64,000 nt of DNA from an uncultured Actinomycetes bacterium (GTDB taxonomy: Bacteria; Actinomycetota; Acidimicrobiia; Spongiisociales; DATADW01). The stretch lies in the NCBI GenBank assembly GCA_963824995.1, contig CAWGRK010000008.1, forward strand, positions 62,001 through 126,000, written 5' to 3'. Below, one piece after another: positions 51,567-60,524 of this stretch; within the stretch, counting starts at the first letter, position 1, and every line of letters begins with the position of its first letter. A program made the position numbers and the translations under genes. The notes under the pieces were generated by a model. That model made no database searches. It was not told the DNA's origin and was given only the letters and a program-made list of their open reading frames with translations.

Positions 51567-52058
51567 TCAATCTCCTTGCCCGTGGAGCGCTTCCTGCAAC
51601 TCCTTCTCGGCATCCTCGGACAACGAGCTCTTGAGAACGGTGCCGCCGTACTTCGACAGTGCCTCCACCGCCTTGTCCGGTGTCACCTTCTCGACGATGA
51701 GGAACAGCGCCGAGGACCCCGGCTTCAACAGGTCGCGGATCCGATCCTGGAAGTCCTTGTCGATCCCTGTCTTCTCCACCTTGCCCATCAGGGCGCCCAT
51801 ACCGGCACCGAATGCCATACCGAGAAAGGGGACAAAGAACAGCATCCCGAAGAGAAGTCCCCAGAACATGCCCCAGGTGGCACCCGCCCCTACGACGTGG
51901 GCATTTGTCACCGTTCTGAGCTTTCCCGCCTCGTCGCGGATGATCACCGCCACGGCGTCCGGCTGGATGATCAAGTCCTGGGTGAGCCGCTCCACCTCTT
52001 CCATCGCCTCGGTCGCCGTCGTCATATCGTCGTACCCGATCGCAATGAGATCCGACAC
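51567..52058 (-). CDS. DUF1269 family membrane protein
   Basis: SDLIAIGY, GMFWGLLFG, GIDKDF, PGSSALF, GGTVLKSSLS. Confidence 0.88.
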   Translation of the reverse strand: MSDLIAIGYDDMTTATEAMEEVERLTQDLIIQPDAVAVIIRDEAGKLRTVTNAHVVGAGATWGMFWGLLFGMLFFVPFLGMAFGAGMGALMGKVEKTGIDKDFQDRIRDLLKPGSSALFLIVEKVTPDKAVEALSKYGGTVLKSSLSEDAEKELQEALHGQGD

Positions 52059-52106
52059 CGGCCCTCCTTCGAACGTCGATCGCCATTCAACCCACCCTGC
52101 ATTGTC

Positions 52107-52167
52107 GCTGCCAACCCTGGGTTGGGGAGTACCAAGGCGGTAGCTGCCAACCCTGGGTTGGGGAGTA
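52107..52167. repeat. Tandem 25-bp direct repeat (period 36) with an internal palindrome
   Basis: GCTGCCAACCCTGGGTTGGGGAGTA at 52107 and 52143. Confidence 0.85.
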
Positions 52168-52169
52168 TC

Positions 52170-52655
52170 TCAGTGGCGGGCCGCCGGACCGCCCACCGGA
52201 ACCACGTCGGGAGGGGGTGGGAGCGACGGATCCAACCAGCGGCCCCCTGCCCTGCTGGCTAGATCGGCGAAGCTGACGCGCTCCAGGATGGCGATGGTGG
52301 CATCGCGCACCTCGGTCCACACTTCCTTGAGCGAGCAGGCCACCTCCATGGGACACGGTTCGGGTTCGCTCCTGGTGGCACATGCAATCGGCGCCAGCTG
52401 CCCTTGGAAAACCCGGACCACCCGTTCCAGGGATACGTCGGCTGGATCGTGATTGAGCCGGTAGCCACCCGAAGGCCCGCGTTCGGAGCGAACCACTCCG
52501 GCAAGCCGAAGCTGCGGCATGATCTGTTCGAGGAAGGCAGACGGCACCGACGTGCGGTCGGCGAGATCACGCAACTTCAACGGTGGGCCGTCTCCGGCCA
52601 AGGCGAGGGCGAGCACGGCTCTCGTGGCGTAATCGGTCTGTCGGGTGATCCACAT
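52170..52655 (-). CDS. Rrf2 family transcriptional regulator
   Basis: DYATRA, FLEQI, SERGPSGGY, three Cys (C..CP..C). Confidence 0.88.
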   Translation of the reverse strand: MWITRQTDYATRAVLALALAGDGPPLKLRDLADRTSVPSAFLEQIMPQLRLAGVVRSERGPSGGYRLNHDPADVSLERVVRVFQGQLAPIACATRSEPEPCPMEVACSLKEVWTEVRDATIAILERVSFADLASRAGGRWLDPSLPPPPDVVPVGGPAARH

Positions 52656-52756
52656 CCGGGCGACACTCCTGAATTGTCGACCTTTCAACTTGAGATTATC
52701 AGCTGTACGAACCGACGCCGAGGGGGCTCTTCAACCGGAGACAAGGAGGAGAGCTC

Positions 52757-53151
52757 TTGAAGAACACGGGACGCGCCCGCTACGCCCGCCGCCTGGCGGC
52801 CAGAAGCCTCATCGGCGCCTTGATCGTTACGGCCGGTCTCAGCGGGTCGATCATCGGTGTCGCCGCCGGGGAGACTCTGATCAACGGGGGCGAAGCCCGT
52901 CCACCCGACGTGACGACCCAGGAGCACCCTGCGACGACTTCCGAGAAGGCAAGCAAGCCCAAGGCCGCCAAGAAGAAGCGCCCGAGACACGACCACCACC
53001 ACCGTCGTCGTCATCGGCCCGCGCAGACCAGGCTCCGAACGTGTCGCCGCCGCAACAGGACCCTGATTCCTCGTTTCGCCGTGGCTGGTGGGTGATCTCG
53101 CTCGTCGAGCGGAACGCTTCCTCTGTCACTTCGGCGCCGCGCCACGGCTGA
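52757..53151 (+). CDS. Hypothetical exported low-complexity protein (possibly frameshifted)
   Basis: RBS AAGGAGG; N-terminal TM; Lys/Thr/Pro-rich tail with ambiguous frame. Confidence 0.4.
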
Positions 53152-53279
53152 GCAAGCTTGACCCTCTCCTGCCGACTCTGATAACGTCCCGTACTCGGTA
53201 ATCCGGATAAAAATTGTCAGTAAAGTTGGAATAGTCGGATACCGATCAAGTAGGACCTACACCTAGGGAGAGATCAGGA

Positions 53280-54354
53280 ATGAACAGAAATCTACGACTT
53301 GTGGCCGGGGCTACGGCAGTGCTGGTGGGTCTGGCCGCTTGCGGCGGGACTACCGGCGGCGCCGACACCTCGGGCGGTGCCGATAACCACTGCCGCCGCC
53401 GAGAGCGAAGCGGCGAAGACGGTGAGGATCGGCTACTTCCCCAACGTCACCCATGCTCCGGCCATCATCGGAATCGAGGACGGCCTATTTCAGGAGGCTC
53501 TCGGTGACGACGTCGCCATCGAGACCGCTACCTTCAGTACCGGTACTGAGGCGGTCGAGGCGCTGTTCGCAGACGCCATCGACATGAGCTTCATCGGTCC
53601 CAACCCCGCCATCAACGGGTTTGCCCAGTCGAACGGCGAGGCCCTGCGGATCGTGAGCGGCACCACCAGCGGCGGCGCGGCACTGGTCGTCAATTCCGAG
53701 ATCACCTCGCCCGAGGATCTGGCCGGGAAGACCATTGCATCACCCTCTCTGGGCAACACCCAGGACGTGGCGCTGCGGGCATGGCTGGCCGACCAGGGGT
53801 ACGAGACCGACCTCGAAGGTGGTGGCGACGTATCGGTAGTTCCGCAGGAGAACTCGCAGACGCTCGACCTCTTCCAGGCCGGTGAGATCGACGGAGCGTG
53901 GGTCCCCGAGCCGTGGGCGACCAGGCTCGTCCTCGAGGGCGGGGGAACCGTCCTGGTGGATGAGAGGGAACTCTGGCCCGACGGGGAGTTCGTGACCACG
54001 CACCTCGTGGTAGCGACCGAGTACCTCGAGCAGAACCCGGAAGTCGTCCAGGGTGTCCTCGAAGGACTCATCTCCGCAGTTGACGTCGCCAACGATGACC
54101 CGGCCGCGGCGCAGGCCACGGTCAACGCCGGCATCGAAGCGATCACCGGAAGCCCGCTGGCCCCGGAGACCATCGAGGGCGCCTGGGAGAACCTGACCTT
54201 CACCGTGGATCCCATAGCGGATTCGCTGCGTGAGTCGGCGGTGGACGCCGAGGCCGTTGACCTCCTCGACCCGGTTGACCTGGCCGGCATCTATGACCTG
54301 ACCCTGCTCAATGAGGTACTGACCGTCATGGGCAGGCCCGAGATCACCTCGTGA
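53280..54354 (+). CDS. Sulfonate/nitrate-type ABC substrate-binding lipoprotein (SsuA-like; frameshift near 53370)
   Basis: Lipobox LAAC; RIGYFPNVTHA, GPNPA, LGNTQDVA, WVPEPW. Confidence 0.82.
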
Positions 54355-55172
54355 TGACAGCGACCGCCAATCCTGCCGAGACCGCCCGAGCCGAAAGGCT
54401 CGGGCGGACGGCCGTATCGATCAACCATGTATCCAAGACCTACGGCGACGGGCACAGTGCCTTGCTCGCTCTAGATGACATATCGCTCGATGTGGGAGAG
54501 GGCGAGTTCGTCTGCACGGTGGGTGCTTCCGGCTGCGGCAAGACGACGCTTCTCAACCTGATCGCCGGGATCTATCAGGTGCCGCAGGGCACCATCGATG
54601 TCGGCGACCGCCGTGTGTCACTGATGTTCCAGGAATCCGCCCTCTTCCCCTGGCTCACCGTGGAGAGAAACGTGGAACTGGCCCTCCAGTTGCGCCACGT
54701 TGCCAAGACTGAGCGCCGCGCCAAGGTGGCGGAACTGCTCAGGCTGGTGAGGCTCGATGGCTTCGCCGACAAGCGCCCCCACGAGTTGTCGGGTGGCATG
54801 CAACAACGTGTTGCCATCGCACGTGCTCTCGCTCAGGAGGCCGAAGTGATGCTGATGGATGAGCCCTTCGGCGCCCTCGACGCCATGACGCGGGACGTCA
54901 TGCACGACGAGCTGGAGCGGATCTGGACCTCGACCGGGCTCAGCGTGCTCTTTGTGACCCACAACGTGCGTGAGGCGGTTCGGCTCGGAGACCGTGTGGT
55001 GGTGCTCACCAGCCGGCCGGGACGGGTGGCCGAAGAGATCCCGGTCGAACTACCCAGGCCGCGCCGAATGGATGACCACAGGGTGTCCGAGCTGACAGGG
55101 ATGATCACCGACCGGCTCAAGGAAGAGGTCAGGCGGCACGCCGACGACGCCAAGGAGGACGATCGTGGTTAG
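54351..55172 (+). CDS. ABC transporter ATP-binding protein (SsuB-like)
   Basis: GASGCGKT, LSGGMQQR, MDEPFGALD. Confidence 0.9.
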   Translation: MMTATANPAETARAERLGRTAVSINHVSKTYGDGHSALLALDDISLDVGEGEFVCTVGASGCGKTTLLNLIAGIYQVPQGTIDVGDRRVSLMFQESALFPWLTVERNVELALQLRHVAKTERRAKVAELLRLVRLDGFADKRPHELSGGMQQRVAIARALAQEAEVMLMDEPFGALDAMTRDVMHDELERIWTSTGLSVLFVTHNVREAVRLGDRVVVLTSRPGRVAEEIPVELPRPRRMDDHRVSELTGMITDRLKEEVRRHADDAKEDDRG

Positions 55173-56031
55173 CAGCGTCGACACGCTCGACCGCGAGCTG
55201 GCTGGGCTCGACGCCCTCGACCTCCGGCGGACGAGTAGGACCACCTGGGCGGTACGCGCCTGGTCGGCCACCTGGCCGAAGCTGGCGGCGATCGCCATCG
55301 CCCTGCTCTTATGGCAGGCGCTCATCTGGATCGAGTGGAAGCCGCTCTACGCATTCCCACCGCCGGCGCAGGTCTTCGCCACGCTCGGCGAGTTGGTGAC
55401 CACCTCCGAGTTCTGGCTCGGGGTGGCCACGACGATGCGCCGCGCCCTGCTCGGATTCGCAGTGGCCCTGGTGCTCGGCACGTTGATCGGCTTGGCGGTC
55501 TCGCAGATCCCTCTGCTACGCCGCGCCATCGGCTCGATGATCGCCGCGCTGCAGACCATGCCTTCGATCGTTTGGTTCCCACTGGCCATCCTGCTCTTCC
55601 AGCTCAGCGAGACGGCGATCTTCTTCGTGGTGGTGCTCGGGGCGGCGCCCTCGATTGCCAACGGGCTGATAAGCGGCGTCGACCACATTCCCCCGCTTTG
55701 GCTGCGCGCCGGCAAAGTGCTCGGTGCCCACCGGTTCAGCGCATGGCGCCACGTGGTGATCCCGGCGGCGGTGCCCACCTACATCGCCGGGTTGAAGCAG
55801 GGCTGGGCCTTCGCCTGGCGCTCGCTGATGGCTGGAGAGCTCTTGGTGATCATCGCCAAGACGACGTCGATCGGCGTTCGCCTTCACTTCGCCCGGGAGT
55901 TGTCGGATGCCGACCTGGTCATGGCGATGATGATCGTGGTCCTGGTTATCGGGCTCATCGTCGACCTCGCCTTCGCCAAGGTCGAGTTGGGCGTCCGTCG
56001 CCGCCGCGGCCTGATCGAGCCAACCGGCTGA
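55165..56031 (+). CDS. ABC transporter permease (SsuC-like)
   Basis: LQTMPSIVW, GWAFAWRSLMAGE. Confidence 0.9.
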   Translation: MVSSVDTLDRELAGLDALDLRRTSRTTWAVRAWSATWPKLAAIAIALLLWQALIWIEWKPLYAFPPPAQVFATLGELVTTSEFWLGVATTMRRALLGFAVALVLGTLIGLAVSQIPLLRRAIGSMIAALQTMPSIVWFPLAILLFQLSETAIFFVVVLGAAPSIANGLISGVDHIPPLWLRAGKVLGAHRFSAWRHVVIPAAVPTYIAGLKQGWAFAWRSLMAGELLVIIAKTTSIGVRLHFARELSDADLVMAMMIVVLVIGLIVDLAFAKVELGVRRRRGLIEPTG

Positions 56032-56041
56032 GCACAAAGTC

Positions 56042-56206
56042 CTTCACAACGAATCTCTCCCCCCGGCGGGGGGAGTACCCGACGCCGCAAAGGCGTCGGG
56101 GAAGGGGGGAACGGTTCACTCCCAAAGGTGCGAAAGGCGTGGGTCGAGCACCGTTGGGAGTTCGCCACGGGGGGACGGAAACTTGCTGCCGTCCGCCGTC
56201 CGCCCC
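56042..56206 (-). repeat. Intergenic palindromic repeat family, copy 3 (partial)
   Basis: CCCCCCGGCGGGGGG and CCGACGCC-GCAAA-GGCGTCGG hairpins; about 53-nt block shared with 38370-38423. Confidence 0.8.
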
Positions 56207-57001
56207 TAGTTGCTCCAGGTGACGGCGACGGCGGGGGCCCAGCGGGAGGCGACGGCTTGGTAGTGAGTGCCGGCGCCCTGCCAGTCCTCTGCGTCGAGAG
56301 CTTCGATCGAGGCCCACACCTCGGCGGCGGAGTCGTCGAGGGCTAGCTCGGCGCCGTCGAAGAAGGCAGCCACTCCGCCGTAGTCGAGTTCCACCATGGC
56401 GTCCTCGGGGAAGCCTCCGATCCACTCACCGAGCTCCTCGACCTCGGTGACGACGCCGTCGTCGAACCCGGCCCGGCGGAGAACGGCGATCGCATGCTCG
56501 ATCCGCTCCGATCCGACCCGGCGCCCGGTGCGGTAGCGGATGGAGAGCCTGAGCTCACCCGACTCATCCGCCGATTCGACCAACTCGCGCTGCGAAGGCT
56601 CGAACATGATGAACCAGCGCAGCGGGACGTGCCACGGTGAGGTGAGGATGTAGGACCGCGGCAAGGGGGACACCCTCGACCAACCCGCGCAATTCGGTGG
56701 CCGCCCGACGTGCCACCGATTCGGGGATGACCGCTTCCCCTCCCATCTCCCGGTAGGCGTGATGGAAGGCGAGCACACCCTCGAGCATCCGCACCCGCGG
56801 TGTGCGTGGGCACACGAATTCCGTGCCACCCCAGACGGCGATGAGGGCGTCATCACTGAGAGGCTCGGCGAGCAGTCCATAATCGGTCACCCGAAGCCGT
56901 GGTGGAGATCCCTCGGAACGGTGTGGCGTCGGAGAAAGTCCGCCGGCGGCATCAACCGTCTCGGACGGTAGGTAGACGCGGAGATAGGCAGCCCGGGTCA
57001 C
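56206..57001 (-). CDS. Conserved actinobacterial hypothetical protein (frameshift near 56665)
   Basis: AYLRVY..VCP; ILTSPWHVPLRWF..WIGGF..VELDYGG in a second frame. Confidence 0.7.
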
Positions 57002-57101
57002 CGTTCGATCGTACCGAACTCGGGTGACATCCCCACACGGCGGCTGGTCCGTTCTCCCGGTACACTCGGCGGTGGGCCAGGTGAAAGGGTCGCCCCGGGC
57101 T

Positions 57102-58172
57102 ATGGGAGTCTTCGACCGTATGACCTCGGAAGGCCACGAGGAGGTGCTCTTCGGGTTCGACCGAGTATCGGGCCTTCGCAGCATTATTGCCATCCACTCG
57201 ACAGTTCTGGGTCCCGCCCTCGGCGGGACCCGCTTCTTTCCCTACCCCGATGAGAAGTCGGCGCTCCGCGACGTGTTGAGGCTGTCCAAGGGCATGACCC
57301 TGAAGGCTGCGGCGGCGGGAATCGACCTGGGTGGCGGCAAGGCGGTAATCATCGGGAACCCGCTCACTGACGGAAGCGAGCCGCTTTTCCGCTCGTTTGG
57401 CCGAGTCGTCGATTCGCTCGGCGGGGCATTCATCACCGCCGAGGATGTGGGCACCAGTGGGGCGGATATCGAGCTCATGCGCCGCGAGACAAAGTGGGCA
57501 TTCGGGGTCCCGATCGAGGACGGGGGGTCGGGCGACCCGTCGCCAGCCACGGCTCACGGACTATTAGCGGCGCTCCGAGCGGTGGCAGGCCACCTCTGGA
57601 AGGATGACGAAGTCCATGGCCGCCGGGTAGCGGTGCAGGGTGTCGGCAAGGTAGGTGGTGCGTTCGTCGAGCTGCTGGTGGAGGCCGGGTGCGAGGTGGT
57701 GGTCAGCGATGTCAGCGGTGACGCCGTGACCCGATCCGTAGAGACATACGGCGTCAAGGCTGTCGAGCCGGAGGAGATCCTCTCGGTCCCGTGTGACGTG
57801 TTCTCGCCCTGCGCAATGGGCGGGGTTCTCGACGCCGCCTCCATTCGCGGGTTGCGCTGCGAGGCGGTGGTGGGGAGTGCGAACAACCAACTGGCCGAGG
57901 ATGACGACGACCTGAGGCTGGCCGAACTCGGGATCCTCTATGCCCCCGATTTCGTGGTCAACTCCGGCGGCTTGATCAACGTCGCCGAAGAGCTCGGCGG
58001 ATATCGCCCGGAGCGGGCCGCACGGCGGGTGCAGGGTGTGGGCGATGCAACGACGGCCATCCTGAGGCGTGCCGATCAGACGGGAACGACCCCACACCGC
58101 GCCGCCACCGAGGTTGCCGAAGAGAGGCTTGACGCAATAGGCGAGCTGAGGGGCCGGAGGAGGAGGGGATGA
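57102..58172 (+). CDS. Leucine (Glu/Leu/Phe/Val) dehydrogenase
   Basis: GPALGGTR, GMTLK, GGGKAVI, TAEDVG, QGVGKVG, GSANNQL. Confidence 0.92.
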   Translation: MGVFDRMTSEGHEEVLFGFDRVSGLRSIIAIHSTVLGPALGGTRFFPYPDEKSALRDVLRLSKGMTLKAAAAGIDLGGGKAVIIGNPLTDGSEPLFRSFGRVVDSLGGAFITAEDVGTSGADIELMRRETKWAFGVPIEDGGSGDPSPATAHGLLAALRAVAGHLWKDDEVHGRRVAVQGVGKVGGAFVELLVEAGCEVVVSDVSGDAVTRSVETYGVKAVEPEEILSVPCDVFSPCAMGGVLDAASIRGLRCEAVVGSANNQLAEDDDDLRLAELGILYAPDFVVNSGGLINVAEELGGYRPERAARRVQGVGDATTAILRRADQTGTTPHRAATEVAEERLDAIGELRGRRRRG

Positions 58173-60232
58173 CGACGACCGAGCGTGACGGGGTACTGCC
58201 TTGGCTGGAGCTTGGGACGGCCCGTCTCGACCACCAGGTCCTCGGGCTGCCCGATGAGCGGCTGGTCGAAATGTATCGGTGCATGCTGTTGGCACGACGG
58301 ATGGACGATCGGATGTGGGCTCTCAACCGCCAGGGCAGGGCGCCCTTCGTCGTTTCCTCCTCCGGCCATGAGGCCGTGCAGGTGGCGAGTGTTTTCGCCT
58401 TCGACCCTGAGATCGACTGGCTGCTCCCCTACTACCGCGACATGGGGGTGGCGCTCGCCTGGGGATCGCCGGTGGTGGATGTCCTCGCCGCGGTCTTCAC
58501 CCGCAAGACCGATCCCACCAGTGGCGGCCGCCAGCTTCCCAATCACTGGTCCGACCCGGATCGGCGGGTGCTCACCCACTCCTCCACCATCGCCACCCAG
58601 TACCCGCACGCAGCGGGGATCGCACAGGCGCTGCGTCTCGATGGCCGCCCCGGGGTGGTGGCGGTGTACGGAGGTGAGGGTTCGACCTCCGAGGGCGACT
58701 GGCACGAGATGATGAACTTCGCCGGGATCCACTCGCTCCCGCTGATCTGCATCATCGAGAACAACCGCTACGCCATCTCCGTGGCGGAGGCCGAACAGGT
58801 TGGAGGACGGATAGTCGATCGGGCCAATGGCTACGGCGTGACCGGTGTCGAGGTAGATGGAAACGACCCGCTCGCCGTGTACGCGGTGGTCCGAGAAGCC
58901 GCCGACCGGGCGCGATCCGGTGCCGGCGCAACCCTGGTGGAGGCGCACACCTACCGGTACTACGCACATACCTCGGACGACGACGATCGTCTCTACCGAA
59001 CCCGCGAGGAAGTGGACCTTTGGCGCCGCCATGACCCCCTTGCGGTTCTCAAGCAGTACCTGATCGAGGCGCGGCTGCTGTCCGAGCGCGACGAAGAGGC
59101 GTTGGAGTCGTCGATCGCCGAGGAGCTGGCGGCGGCGGTGACCGAAGCGGAGGGGGCTCCAGAACCCGACGACCCGTACAGCCACGTATATGCCAACCCC
59201 ATCGTCCCCGAGGAACCTGTCACGGGGCCCGAGCCGGAGCCGGGGGGCGAGTCGGTCAATCTGATCACCGCTATCAACATGACCCTCCACGAGATCCTCG
59301 AGGCCTACCCCGAGACCGTGGTATTCGGCGAGGACGTCGCCGACCCCAAGGGTGGTGTTTTCAAGGCAACCCAGGGCCTCTCCGACCGATTCGGCGGCAA
59401 CAGATGCTTCAACACACCCATCGCCGAGTCGCTCATCGCCGGGCTGGCGGTGGGGATGGCGGCCACCGGAAAGACCCCCCTGGCGGAGCTGCAGTTCGCC
59501 GACTACGTGCATCCCGCCTTCGACCAGATCGTCTCGGAGATAGCCCGCATCCACTACCGCTCCAACGGGCGTTGGAGGATGCCGATCGTTCTCCGTGCGC
59601 CGTTCGGTGGGGGGATCCATGGCGCCCTCTATCACTCGCAGTCGATCGAGGCCTACTACTCGCATGTACCAGGCCTCAAGGTCGTGATCCCGTCCACGCC
59701 GGCGGACGCTAAGGGTCTGCTCTGGAGCGCGGTGGAAGACCCGGACCCGGTGTTCTACATGGAACCGAAGAAGCTCTACCGGCTGGGGAGGTACCCGTTC
59801 CCGGAGGGGGAGTGGAAGGTCCCGATCGGCAAGGCCCGCGTCCGGCGGGCGGGGTCCAAACTCACCTTGCTGACCTACGGTGCGATGACCCATTTCTCGC
59901 TGGAGGCGGCAGCCGCTCTCGACGGCGAGGGGATCGACATCGAGGTCATCGACCTGCGAAGCCTCCGTCCGCTCGACTGGCCCACCATCGAGACATCCGT
60001 GCAGAAGACCTCTCGTGTCCTCATCGTCCACGAGGACAACGAGTTCGGTGGTTACGGCGCCGAGCTCGCCGCTCAACTGGTGGACAAGGGGTTCGAGTGG
60101 CTCGACGCCCCGGTGCGGCGCTACTGCGCGCCCGAGGTTCCCAACTTCCCCTTCGCCCAAGCGATGGAGGACATGACCTACCCGAGCACCGAGGGCATCA
60201 TCACCCGGGCCAAATCCCTGGTCGAGTGGTGA
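58169..60232 (+). CDS. Branched-chain 2-oxoacid dehydrogenase E1, fused alpha+beta
   Basis: YYRD, GEGSTSEG..ENN TPP motif, HTSDDD; beta part GEDV, NTPIAE, QFADY, HSQS. Confidence 0.9.
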   Translation: MTTTERDGVLPWLELGTARLDHQVLGLPDERLVEMYRCMLLARRMDDRMWALNRQGRAPFVVSSSGHEAVQVASVFAFDPEIDWLLPYYRDMGVALAWGSPVVDVLAAVFTRKTDPTSGGRQLPNHWSDPDRRVLTHSSTIATQYPHAAGIAQALRLDGRPGVVAVYGGEGSTSEGDWHEMMNFAGIHSLPLICIIENNRYAISVAEAEQVGGRIVDRANGYGVTGVEVDGNDPLAVYAVVREAADRARSGAGATLVEAHTYRYYAHTSDDDDRLYRTREEVDLWRRHDPLAVLKQYLIEARLLSERDEEALESSIAEELAAAVTEAEGAPEPDDPYSHVYANPIVPEEPVTGPEPEPGGESVNLITAINMTLHEILEAYPETVVFGEDVADPKGGVFKATQGLSDRFGGNRCFNTPIAESLIAGLAVGMAATGKTPLAELQFADYVHPAFDQIVSEIARIHYRSNGRWRMPIVLRAPFGGGIHGALYHSQSIEAYYSHVPGLKVVIPSTPADAKGLLWSAVEDPDPVFYMEPKKLYRLGRYPFPEGEWKVPIGKARVRRAGSKLTLLTYGAMTHFSLEAAAALDGEGIDIEVIDLRSLRPLDWPTIETSVQKTSRVLIVHEDNEFGGYGAELAAQLVDKGFEWLDAPVRRYCAPEVPNFPFAQAMEDMTYPSTEGIITRAKSLVEW

Positions 60233-60264
60233 GCTAGCGAGGTACCGCTGCTTTCACGCCGTCA

Positions 60265-60492
60265 GGGAGTGAACCAGCCCCCGTCCCCCGACACCGCCGG
60301 GGGGAGCGAAAGGTCTCTCCGTCCCCCCGCGGAGGGAAAAGGGCCCCGCTGCGGAGCAGCGGGTAGGGGGCTGCCTACTTCCAACAGTGCTCGACTCGCG
60401 GCTTTCACACCTTTCGGAGTGAGCCAGTCCCGTCCCCCGACGCCTCCGGCGTGGGTACTTCGCCCGCCGGGGGGAAGGAATCGGACGGCGGG
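60265..60492 (+). repeat. Intergenic palindromic repeat family, copy 4
   Basis: 30-nt GGGCCCCGCTGCGGAGCAGCGGGTAGGGGG (60341-60370) identical to 63199-63228. Confidence 0.85.
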
Positions 60493-60524
60493 TTCGCGGG
60501 ACGCCGCAGATAACCTCGCACTAG

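Noticed and set aside
52107..52167. Mini-CRISPR
   Set aside because: Only two repeats, an 11-nt spacer, and no leader or cas genes
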